A DNA stretch of 42,581 bases from contig JASFYY010000086.1 in NCBI GenBank assembly GCA_045046875.1, positions 1 through 42,581 on the forward strand, read 5' to 3'. Below, in pieces: positions 18,437 to 27,019 of the stretch (position 1 is the stretch's first letter; every line of letters starts with the position of its first letter). A program made the translations under genes and the position numbers. The DNA is from Verrucomicrobiota bacterium (GTDB lineage Bacteria; Verrucomicrobiota; Verrucomicrobiia; Verrucomicrobiales; DEV007). The notes below the pieces were generated by a model that did not search any database, was not told the DNA's origin, and saw only the letters and a program-made list of their open reading frames with translations.

Positions 18437-19387
18437 TCATTGCCTACAGTATTCGATTTTTTTTAACAGCTGGTAGGTTCTGAACATTTGTTCGAGGCCT
18501 TCAAGGTCATGGCTTTCGAAGTCCAGATTTGTTAGTTGGGCTTCGATATTACCGGCCATATAGGCAGCCACCAGACTATGCCCTGCTTTAAAATTTTCGT
18601 TTACCAGAAAAGGTAGATAAGCTGCGTTTAGCGATATTTTCACCAGCTCCGAGGCTTCGGCATAGGCTATGATGGCGCTGATGCTGTCATCTTCTTGCGG
18701 TTTTTCCTGGAAACTTTTGAGAGCATTCTTTATCTCCGGTCGAATTTCGGTGTCGGCGATCAATTGGCATAATGCGAGGCGAAACTCTTGTCGTTTTTTC
18801 CGCTGTTGCTCTAGCTGTTTTTTGTCAGCAGGGATTGAAAAAGAATGGCGAATTTTTATTAAATAATTGGCATAAATGGTGATGGCTACACTTGATTCCA
18901 GTTTATCTTGGTCAAATTTACCTGTTTTTGGATTGACCTGTCGGTAGCTCATCACTGACCGGATCATGGTGAGGTCGTCGGCATAATTGTAAATTTGAGC
19001 GCTGTCGCTGGTTTTGACCTCGCTGTAGGTTTTGCCCTTGGCGGCTAATTGAGTGATGACACTTAGAGTTTCTCCAATCTCATTGATGATCGCCTGATGA
19101 TTTTTGTCATCTTCGAGCTGTTTGTCGCCGCCTAGATAAAAGTAAACGTCGATTTTGGTATGGTCGTCAATGAAACGTAAGCTGATGTCATCTCCAGCAA
19201 AGTCGCTGTTGCCGTAGCGGCTTATCTCCCTTATTTTAAAATCGGCGATCTCACGTGGGAGGATCACGTCGGTTTGTTTATGATGAAAAGCCTTGTTCTG
19301 CTCTCGCCGGGAGAAATTTTGTTTTTCTGCCTGGCTCAAGCCAGTGGCGAGGATGCAAACGATGAAAATTAACCGAAGCGATGGCAT
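18437..19387 (-). CDS. Secreted hypothetical protein (C-terminus possibly frameshifted; see findings)
   Basis: 316-aa ORF with a signal peptide, 6 bp downstream of the Dabb gene. Confidence 0.7.
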   Translation of the reverse strand: MPSLRLIFIVCILATGLSQAEKQNFSRREQNKAFHHKQTDVILPREIADFKIREISRYGNSDFAGDDISLRFIDDHTKIDVYFYLGGDKQLEDDKNHQAIINEIGETLSVITQLAAKGKTYSEVKTSDSAQIYNYADDLTMIRSVMSYRQVNPKTGKFDQDKLESSVAITIYANYLIKIRHSFSIPADKKQLEQQRKKRQEFRLALCQLIADTEIRPEIKNALKSFQEKPQEDDSISAIIAYAEASELVKISLNAAYLPFLVNENFKAGHSLVAAYMAGNIEAQLTNLDFESHDLEGLEQMFRTYQLLKKIEYCRQ

Positions 19388-19393
19388 GTCTGG

Positions 19394-19786
19394 TTACTTT
19401 TTTATATCGTAAACGACAGTGCGTTTGATCAGCGGTTTGATTTCTTCGACAAAACGCAGATGGTCGGGGTGGGTGAGGTAATACTGCAAATCCTCTGCGG
19501 TTTCGAAAGTGATGTCGAGGCCGACATCAAAAGAGTGGTCGACGACGTTGCGGTTGCTGAACAAGGAACGTCCGGCGTTGACAGAAATAACACCGGGGAT
19601 TTTTTCGAGCCGCTGGGATTGTGAGATGATCTGTTGTCGGTAGCTGGGGTTGCCGGATAAATTCAGCCAGACCAAAACGATGTGATGAATGCCTGGTTCT
19701 GGCGCTGGAGGACCAAACTGGAGCCTGACACAGGAGGATGTGCTCAGCAGGGTTGTGGCGAGCAGCACAAAAACAAAGGCTTTCAT
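19394..19786 (-). CDS. Dabb (stress-responsive A/B barrel) family lipoprotein
   Basis: Motifs IHHIVLVWL, IPGV, FDVGLDITF, YLTHPDH. Lipobox-like TSSC. Confidence 0.85.
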   Translation of the reverse strand: MKAFVFVLLATTLLSTSSCVRLQFGPPAPEPGIHHIVLVWLNLSGNPSYRQQIISQSQRLEKIPGVISVNAGRSLFSNRNVVDHSFDVGLDITFETAEDLQYYLTHPDHLRFVEEIKPLIKRTVVYDIKK

Positions 19787-19807
19787 GGGTGTTGAGTTGG
19801 TTATGAA

Positions 19808-20710
19808 GTGGATTACAGTGCAGGGGTTGTGAAAGAGGAGAATATCAGAGAAGAGTGCAAGGAATCAACCAGAGAAAAACTCTGGAGGATTATTTTTCTT
19901 TCTGATACGCCGGCGGGTAAAAGCTTCGATGTGTGGTTGCTGTGGTTGATCGGTGCCAGTGTGCTGGTGGTGATGCTGGAGACGGTGGAAAGTCTGGAGA
20001 GCAAGTATAAGGGTTTGTTTAAATTTCTAGAATGGTGCTTCACCATTTTGTTTACGATCGAATACGGATTGCGCATTTGGATAGTCAGACGCAAAAGGCG
20101 TTATATTTTCAGCTTTTTCGGGATGATCGATTTGCTTTCGATTTTACCCTCTTATCTGGAACTTTTGTTGGTGGGCACGCATTATTTCACCGTGATCCGG
20201 ATTTTGCGCTTGTTGAGGATGTTCCGGGTATTGAAAATGGCGCGTCACATGAGCGAGGCCAACATTTTGATGAATGCCTTGGCAGCCAGTCGGGCTAAAA
20301 TCGCAGTGTTTCTGTTTGGGGTGTTGTCATTGGTGACCTTGGAGGGGACGCTGATGTATTTCCTTGAGAATGAGTTGAACCCTCAATTTTCGAGTATCCC
20401 GGAATCGATGTATTGGGGGATTGTGACGGTGACTACGGTTGGTTATGGGAATATCGTGCCAGTCACGGTGTTGGGAAAGATTGTCGCTTCGTTCATGATG
20501 ATGACGGGTTTTGCCATCATCGCGGTGCCAACGGGGATTGTGAGTGCCGAGCTGCATAAGGAGTTATCGAGTATTCGCATGGATACGCGCGAGTGTCAGG
20601 AATGCGGTTTGCTGGGGCATGACCCCAGCGCGCGCTATTGTAAAAGCTGCGGCACGGAATTGCAGAATGGTAGAGGCGTAAAGGGGGATAGGCCGATGAA
20701 TCAGGTGTGA
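19808..20710 (+). CDS. Voltage-gated-type potassium channel (ion transport protein) with C-terminal zinc ribbon
   Basis: S4-like RILRLLRMFRVLK, pore TVTTVGYGN, C-terminal CxxC...H...CxxC. Exact start codon uncertain. Confidence 0.88.
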   Translation: MDYSAGVVKEENIREECKESTREKLWRIIFLSDTPAGKSFDVWLLWLIGASVLVVMLETVESLESKYKGLFKFLEWCFTILFTIEYGLRIWIVRRKRRYIFSFFGMIDLLSILPSYLELLLVGTHYFTVIRILRLLRMFRVLKMARHMSEANILMNALAASRAKIAVFLFGVLSLVTLEGTLMYFLENELNPQFSSIPESMYWGIVTVTTVGYGNIVPVTVLGKIVASFMMMTGFAIIAVPTGIVSAELHKELSSIRMDTRECQECGLLGHDPSARYCKSCGTELQNGRGVKGDRPMNQV

Positions 20711-20762
20711 TGTATGGTTCTTTGTTCTTTGTGGGGGGATTCCCTGGAAAGTAGAGTATTGC

Positions 20763-20790
20763 TTGAAATCTGATAATCAGATTGTATGAT
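20763..20790 (+). promoter_or_regulatory. Sigma70-like promoter with operator palindrome for the TA module
   Basis: TTGAAA (20763-68), 16-bp spacer, TATGAT (20785-90). A perfect inverted repeat AATCTGAT-A-ATCAGATT (20767-20783) lies between them. Confidence 0.65.
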
Positions 20791-20796
20791 TAGAGC

Positions 20797-21072
20797 ATGG
20801 TTAATCGAGAAATGACGGTAACAGAAGCTTCTCGTCACTTTGCGGACTTGGTGAATCGCACTTATTACAAAGGGGAATCGACTATTTTGTTTCGTTCGAG
20901 AGAGGCGGTAGCTAAAATGGTTCCGCTTGGCGGGGGGAGTGAACTTGGCCGGGATTGGCTGGCGCGGTGGCGTTTGATGCCTCATCTGGAAGTGGCCGAT
21001 GCGGATGATTTTGCCTGTTCGGTGGAAGAGTCTCGGGAGAAAATTATCGATCCTATATCACCTTGGGATTGA
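20797..21072 (+). CDS. Phd/YefM-family antitoxin
   Basis: MTVTEASRHFADLVNR...GESTIL; acidic C-terminus ending PWD that overlaps the PIN gene start. Confidence 0.8.
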   Translation: MVNREMTVTEASRHFADLVNRTYYKGESTILFRSREAVAKMVPLGGGSELGRDWLARWRLMPHLEVADADDFACSVEESREKIIDPISPWD

Positions 21073-21472
21073 TTCTTGATAGCTCGGTGCTGATCAGCGC
21101 GGAAAGACGGCGTTTTGATATGCCGTCTTTTATTGAAGCTGAAGCGGCAATGGAGCCGGTGTATATCGCAGCCGTAACGGTCTCGGAGTTGTTGCATGGC
21201 GTTCATCGTGCGGGTGAAGTTTACCGTTGTCAGCGGCAGGCTTTTGTTGAAGCGGTGTTGAGAAATACTCCAATTTTGCCCTTCGATTTGATTTGCGCTA
21301 AAAATCACGCAAAACTGTGGGCGGATCTTGAAAGCGAAGAAAGACGGATAGGAGCTCTTGATATGCTGATTGCAGTAACCTGTCTGGCTTTTGGGCATCG
21401 TTTGGCCACTGTGAGTTTGAGCGAGTGGAGGGCTTGGAGCTGGCGAATGCTCGTAAGCATTTGGTGGGGTGA
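21063..21472 (+). pseudogene. PIN-domain (VapC-like) toxin, apparently frameshifted near the 3' end
   Basis: Motifs ILDSSVLI, SEL, DMLIA. After LAT (21410) the canonical EFERVEGL tail lies in another frame (21413-21472). Confidence 0.7.
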
Positions 21473-21597
21473 TGTTACTTAGAATTAATAGTTTGTTATT
21501 TGAGAGCTGGGCTTATATATCACAAGGTTTTGCGAGTTTGAAAAGTCGGGGTGTTCAGATCTCTTGGGCACTTTTCGAATAAGTGATTTTTTAAAAC

Positions 21598-22812
21598 ATG
21601 TTCAGGATAATATTAAAATCGATTCGGATTGTGGTGGCAATAGCCCTTATCACGGTGTCGCTGTGGGCCTTACTGTTGCCGCCCGCATTTCCCTACAGTG
21701 CGCATGCGATTGTGAATGCCAAGGCGGTAGCTATCAAGGCAGGAGATCGGGGGAATATAGTTTATATTCCAACGACACGAACGATGCTATTGCCTTCGGG
21801 CGGGACGATCGCCAGAGTGACACGCGACTTGTCTAAATTGCATCGTGACCTTGAAGAACGAAATTTCACTAAACTGAAGATTGAAGGGCGGATCAAAAAT
21901 CTGGATGAAGCGAATGACGAGCTTCAGCGGAAACGTCTTCTGGCAAAAAGTGAACTGGACAAAAAACGTATCAGTTCGGGGAAGCTTCTGAGGCAATCGA
22001 TAGTCGAAATAGAAGAAAAGGTGAAGCTTTATGCGGCTGATTTGGTTGAGAAAAAAGCCGACCAGGAAAGAGTAAAACCCCTGTTTGATGATGGTATTGT
22101 CACGGCAGCCCAATGGTCTGAGACCAGACAGTTGAAAATCATGGCGGAAAAATCTTTGAAGGCTGCCGAAGCGGAATTAACGACTATTAAGAACCGCTTG
22201 GAATCTTTTGAGCTGGGCGATGATGTAAAGGGTGGTATGGCGGCAAAAGTGGAGGCGTATGAACAGGGGGCTGGTAATCTTGAGGCTCAGCGAATGGAGT
22301 TGCGAGCTGAACTGGATGAAATAAAAAAGCAAATGGAAGCCGCCCGTAAATATAATAAAGCGGACAGTAGTTACACTTTGATAACTCCGATCAAAGGAGT
22401 GGTTTGGCATCGTTATGCGGTGGATGGAGAGCCTGTGACAGAGGATCAAGTGGTGGCGGAAATCGCAGATACGGAGTCTTTGTTTGTGGAGGCATATTTT
22501 CGGCGAGATTTCTTGAACCAAGTAGCGATAGGAGATCAGGCGACTATTTATTTATTGGGGGATCTTCGTTTTGTTAAAGGAAGGGTGGCGGACATTCAGG
22601 TGCAGGAGCATAGCGCTCGAGTGGCCAAGGTTATCAATACGGTTGAGTTGGATCGTTCATTGTTGAATGTAAAAATTGAGATTGAGGGTGAGGGGTTTGA
22701 GTCTGAAGATATCGGGCAACTCGCCAAGGTTCTTGTTTCCAATGGTCAGCCCGGACTAGGTGAGCGTGTGCAAATTTGGTTAAGTTTGCTGCTCCGCAGT
22801 CATAAAGACTAA
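21598..22812 (+). CDS. HlyD-family membrane fusion/periplasmic adaptor protein (BgsB-like)
   Basis: N-terminal TM, AIVNA, long coiled coil, TPIKGVV barrel-sandwich motif, beta-barrel region. TAATG overlap with the GT2 gene. Confidence 0.8.
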   Translation: MFRIILKSIRIVVAIALITVSLWALLLPPAFPYSAHAIVNAKAVAIKAGDRGNIVYIPTTRTMLLPSGGTIARVTRDLSKLHRDLEERNFTKLKIEGRIKNLDEANDELQRKRLLAKSELDKKRISSGKLLRQSIVEIEEKVKLYAADLVEKKADQERVKPLFDDGIVTAAQWSETRQLKIMAEKSLKAAEAELTTIKNRLESFELGDDVKGGMAAKVEAYEQGAGNLEAQRMELRAELDEIKKQMEAARKYNKADSSYTLITPIKGVVWHRYAVDGEPVTEDQVVAEIADTESLFVEAYFRRDFLNQVAIGDQATIYLLGDLRFVKGRVADIQVQEHSARVAKVINTVELDRSLLNVKIEIEGEGFESEDIGQLAKVLVSNGQPGLGERVQIWLSLLLRSHKD

Positions 22813-24500
22813 TGATTTCTGCTCAATATCCGGAGGTGCTGGCGACGATCCTGCTTTTTGCAGGTTTGTGGTTGATATCGCCCATGCTTTCCTGGTCAAA
22901 GGTTTCTGTCAGATTGGTGGTGGTCTCCCTTTTTGTGCTGTTGAACGCGCGTTACGTGTGGTGGCGCTTGGGAGCCACCCTAGTACCGGTTTCAGCTGAT
23001 CCGGAAGCTTTGTGGACGTGGTTGTTTGTCGTGCTGGAATTGTTGGCCACTGTGGTGTTGACCTGGCATTTCATTGTATTGATCAGACCTAGCAATCGAT
23101 CTCCTGAAGCTGATTTGGCCGAACGTGCGCTGCGCGCGCAGGACGAGGTGAAAGGGGTTGATATTTTTATTCCGACTTATAATGAACCCAAGGATATTCT
23201 TCGGCGGACGATTAAAGCAGCGTGCGAGATGGATTATCCGAATTTCAAGGTATGGGTATTGGATGACGGCGACCGGGATTGGCTGAGGGCTCTTTGCAAG
23301 GAGTTGCAGGTTTCTTATCTGTTACGTACCGAACGTAAGGGTTTCAAGGCCGGTAATATGAATCATGCTTTGAAAAACACACAGAATCCGTTGATTTGCG
23401 TGGTGGATGCGGATTTTGCCTTGGCTCCCAATTTCCTCTGGCGGACGGTTGGCTTGCTGGAGGATCCTCGAATTGGTATTGTGCAGACACCCCAGATTTT
23501 CATTAATCCAGATGCCATTCAGTATAATCTATATGGTGAGAAGGCGTGGCCGGAAGCGCAGTGCATGTTCACTGATGTGATGCAGTCAGGGCGTGATACC
23601 TGGGACAATGCTTTTTGTTATGGCACGGGTTTCGTCATCAAACGAGATTGCTTGGATCTGGTGGGTGGATTTCCGGAGGCCACCATCACCGAGGACTTGC
23701 ACACTTCCTACCTACTGGTATCACATGGTTTTAAAACTCGCTTTCTCAATGAGCCTTTGAGCTTTGGTTTGGCTGCGCAGGATGTGGAGGGTTTTGTCAC
23801 CCAGCGAACTCGCTGGTGCATAGGCACGCTGCAGTGTTTTGCAGTTGAGGATGGTGTTCTACGGGCTAGGCGCCTTTCGGTGATTGACCGCTTGTTCTTT
23901 TTGGATCCCGTGCTGTATCACATAGGCACGGTTTGGAAGTTTTGTGTGTTGATCGCTCCGGCTCTTTATTGGTGGTTTGGAATTTCGCCTTTTCACTCGG
24001 ATTTGGGGCATTTGTTGGTGGTATTTGCTCCGCGTATGTTGCTTAGTATTTATGGGTTTTATTGGTTGAGCAATCGTAAAACCATTCCATTGGTGTCTGA
24101 ACTGGATCGGGTGGTCAGCATTTTCAGTTTGGTGTCAGGTATGTTTAAATTACTTGTTAACCCCTTCCGGCAAACATTCTCTACCACAACCAAAGAATTG
24201 GATTCCACTAAAATACAAATTCATTGGCCGCTGATGCGCCCGCATCTGATTCTCATCGTATTGACGGTTGCAGGGATGGCATATCAGTATTTTGGCGCGC
24301 AGGGAGAGCAGTTTTTCATGCGCCCTAACGTAGGCTTGATGATTTCTCTGACGGTGTATGTTTTATGGTTGTTGTTTTTTGCCTGCCTGGTCTGCGTGCA
24401 GCGGCCGATACCGAATGGGTTGTTGGATACGGTGGAAAGCGTGCGGCAAGGGCGTATCAGGACGACCATCAAGGTTCTATTAAAAAGAATATTCTTATGA
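22812..24500 (+). CDS. Processive GT2 polysaccharide synthase (cellulose-synthase-like, BgsA-like)
   Basis: Motifs DIFIPTYNE, LDDG, KAGN, DAD, QTPQ, FCYGT, TEDL, QRTRW. N- and C-terminal TM helices. Confidence 0.9.
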   Translation: MISAQYPEVLATILLFAGLWLISPMLSWSKVSVRLVVVSLFVLLNARYVWWRLGATLVPVSADPEALWTWLFVVLELLATVVLTWHFIVLIRPSNRSPEADLAERALRAQDEVKGVDIFIPTYNEPKDILRRTIKAACEMDYPNFKVWVLDDGDRDWLRALCKELQVSYLLRTERKGFKAGNMNHALKNTQNPLICVVDADFALAPNFLWRTVGLLEDPRIGIVQTPQIFINPDAIQYNLYGEKAWPEAQCMFTDVMQSGRDTWDNAFCYGTGFVIKRDCLDLVGGFPEATITEDLHTSYLLVSHGFKTRFLNEPLSFGLAAQDVEGFVTQRTRWCIGTLQCFAVEDGVLRARRLSVIDRLFFLDPVLYHIGTVWKFCVLIAPALYWWFGISPFHSDLGHLLVVFAPRMLLSIYGFYWLSNRKTIPLVSELDRVVSIFSLVSGMFKLLVNPFRQTFSTTTKELDSTKIQIHWPLMRPHLILIVLTVAGMAYQYFGAQGEQFFMRPNVGLMISLTVYVLWLLFFACLVCVQRPIPNGLLDTVESVRQGRIRTTIKVLLKRIFL

Positions 24501-25540
24501 AAAATAGTTGTGATTTTGTTCAAGTGCTTTTGATGATGGTGTTTATGCTTTTTCCTTTGATGGCAAATGCGCAATCTAATGAGGGGGATCAGCGTTCTTC
24601 AGTGCTTTTCATCGCAGGGCAGAGTCGGGAGGAATTCAGGGATTATCTGAGGGATGTTTCTAAAAAAGGGCAGCAGTGCCCTTTGCCAGGAGGGGCTTCT
24701 TTTTATACGGCTTTAAATTCATCCGGATTTACCGAGCCGCATTCCAATTTTCCGGGAGACAATCATCAGGATCTTGAGTATTTACAAATGGTGCAGGATC
24801 CGTTGGTTATTCAGATTGGTCTATGGATGTCACGCGAACAGCTTTATCAAACCATTGCCGGCGATCAGGATGCTCAAATCAAGCAAATGTTTGAATCTCT
24901 GAAAGCCTTGCAACGACCGGTTCTTCTGCGCATTGGTTATGAGTTTGACGGGCCGCATAATCGTTATCCACCAGCGGCTTATGTGCAAGCTTATCAGCGA
25001 ATAGCAAAAGTCATGAGGCGCGCGCGCGATATCATGTTGGTTTGGCATTCGTATGCGATGATTCCTACTTATCAGGACTATCCGGTGACTGACTGGTATC
25101 CAGGAGATGAATACGTTGATTGGATTGGGATCAGTGTTTTTCAGATTGGGGATGAGGGATTCCATGAAACACCCAATCGCGATAAGTTGTTGGCGATGGC
25201 GCGCGCTAAGGGGAAGCCGGTGGTGATAGGGGAAGCAAGTGCGATCCGTTACACCCATCGACAAAAAAAACTCACCGGAAAAGAATACTGGGATTATTGG
25301 TATAAACCCTATTTTGACTTGATCGAACAACACCCTGAAATCCGCGCAGCCACGATGATTCACGTTGATTGGGATAATCAGCAGCAGCACCGGGAACTTG
25401 ATTGGGGAGATTGTCGAATTGACCGTGACCCTTATGTGCTCAAACAATGGCAAAAGCAGTTGGGAAAAGCATACTGGTTGTCAGCTGATAAATCATTGTA
25501 TTCGCAGGTGCAAAAATTTGTGAAGAAGGTTGACAAATAA
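24497..25540 (+). CDS. Glycoside hydrolase family 26-like protein, secreted
   Basis: LRIGYEFD (acid/base Glu), WYPGDEYVDWIGISVF, KPVVIGEAS (nucleophile Glu). ATG 24497 overlaps the GT2 stop (ATGA). Signal peptide ends ANA. Confidence 0.85.
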   Translation: MKNSCDFVQVLLMMVFMLFPLMANAQSNEGDQRSSVLFIAGQSREEFRDYLRDVSKKGQQCPLPGGASFYTALNSSGFTEPHSNFPGDNHQDLEYLQMVQDPLVIQIGLWMSREQLYQTIAGDQDAQIKQMFESLKALQRPVLLRIGYEFDGPHNRYPPAAYVQAYQRIAKVMRRARDIMLVWHSYAMIPTYQDYPVTDWYPGDEYVDWIGISVFQIGDEGFHETPNRDKLLAMARAKGKPVVIGEASAIRYTHRQKKLTGKEYWDYWYKPYFDLIEQHPEIRAATMIHVDWDNQQQHRELDWGDCRIDRDPYVLKQWQKQLGKAYWLSADKSLYSQVQKFVKKVDK

Positions 25541-25634
25541 GGGGCAAAGGGATAATGAGGGATCGTGCAAGAACTTGGTGAGCAGTGTCCACAAAGTTTA
25601 TCTTACTTTTTCTCCTTTAAATATTCTATATCCA

Positions 25635-26990
25635 ATGAAAAATTTTTTTTCCAATTTAGTGGGATCAAGTTTCACATTACCTGTTGTCGGGACCTTGTTG
25701 ATCTCATCACTTAATGCGCAAGCAGGTGTTTTGCTCGATATTTACTCAGAGGTAATCGAATCGGCTCCGATTAAGCAGTCAGGCGATCTGTTGTCTCAAG
25801 CGGCTAAACAGAATGTCACCACCAAAAAGCGCAATTATTTGCCTCGTCTATCCTTTGATGCTCGGGAGCTTTGGGTGGATCAGGATATCACAGTGAACGA
25901 TTCGCTTGGATCGCGGGGAGCAAGGAGTGATTACGAAAATACGCGCCTTAACTTGGAACTGGATCAGCCATTGTATGATCCCACGATCAAATCTAAAATT
26001 GAAGTCGCTAGAGCTAAAGGGCGCCAGGTGGAATCACAAGCCCAGTTGATTGTTGAAGCGAAAACGCGCAGGTTGATTGAGCAATTTCTTGAGACGGCAA
26101 AGTTGCAGCGGCTGATATTGTCCACCAACCGTGTGGTCGGTCGGCTAGAAAAAGAGTTACAGGAAGTTTCTAAGAGAAAGGAGGCTAATGTGGCTACTGT
26201 CAGTGAAGTGCAGAATATACGCCTCGCTTTGGCTTCGGTGAAACGTGACCGGAGTAATTTTTCGCTGAATCGAAATTACGCTTTGGTAAGCATGGGGCCA
26301 AGTGGTCAAGCTCTCAGGAAAAAGCAATTGCAATGGAGGGAAAGCAACGGGCCGTCGTCTTGGGGGAAGTCTGCGGATGAGGAGAACGTGGCTCCCGAAG
26401 TGAAAAACTTGCGCGCTGAGGTTGAGGAATTCCATCACCAATCCCGCGAAGTGAAACGGCGCTCATGGCCTGTGCTAAAGTTGGTAGCTCGTTACGGCAT
26501 CGATAACGGGGGGAATCCGGAATTTGGTGGGCTTCGCACTGGAGACCGTGACCTGAACTATTTCGAGGGTGGCTTAGCCTTGCAGTGGAATATCTTTGAA
26601 CGAGGCATGAACAATTCCGAAGCCAAAGAGCTTGAGTTGAAAAAAGAGGCGAAAAAAGCTGAGTTGCAACAGATGATGGAAGATCGCGATCAACTGGCGA
26701 CTTATAGCAAAGATCTATTAAAGTACTCAAGAACCAGTATGAATGAATTTGAGAGTCTGATGAAGGAATACAAGGTTCTCAAAGATGCTTCAGCTCGCGC
26801 TTATGAAGCAGGTAAGGGTTCTTATATGGACTCAATCACTGCATACATGGCTTATGAAGCGGCTTTGAGGGATTGGACAAATGCTCAGCATGAGTTGTTG
26901 CGTCGCCGGATCACTTTTTATGCGCAGTCAACGGGTTGGGATAAGTCTTTGGTTCAGAAGGTGGACGGGATGTTTAAAGTAGCGAAGTAG
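25635..26990 (+). CDS. TolC-family outer membrane protein
   Basis: Signal peptide from ATG 25635. Two OEP repeats (YLPRLS...LDQPLYD; WPVLKL...LQWNIFERG) and a YEAGK helix motif. Confidence 0.8.
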   Translation: MKNFFSNLVGSSFTLPVVGTLLISSLNAQAGVLLDIYSEVIESAPIKQSGDLLSQAAKQNVTTKKRNYLPRLSFDARELWVDQDITVNDSLGSRGARSDYENTRLNLELDQPLYDPTIKSKIEVARAKGRQVESQAQLIVEAKTRRLIEQFLETAKLQRLILSTNRVVGRLEKELQEVSKRKEANVATVSEVQNIRLALASVKRDRSNFSLNRNYALVSMGPSGQALRKKQLQWRESNGPSSWGKSADEENVAPEVKNLRAEVEEFHHQSREVKRRSWPVLKLVARYGIDNGGNPEFGGLRTGDRDLNYFEGGLALQWNIFERGMNNSEAKELELKKEAKKAELQQMMEDRDQLATYSKDLLKYSRTSMNEFESLMKEYKVLKDASARAYEAGKGSYMDSITAYMAYEAALRDWTNAQHELLRRRITFYAQSTGWDKSLVQKVDGMFKVAK

Positions 26991-27019
26991 TGCGGTTGAT
27001 ATTGGGATTCCCCCGATTG

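Noticed and set aside
22812..24500. Annotating the GT2 as bcsA of a cellulose operon
   Set aside because: There is no PilZ domain and no bcsB/bcsC/bcsZ neighbours; the partners are an MFP, a GH26 and a TolC.
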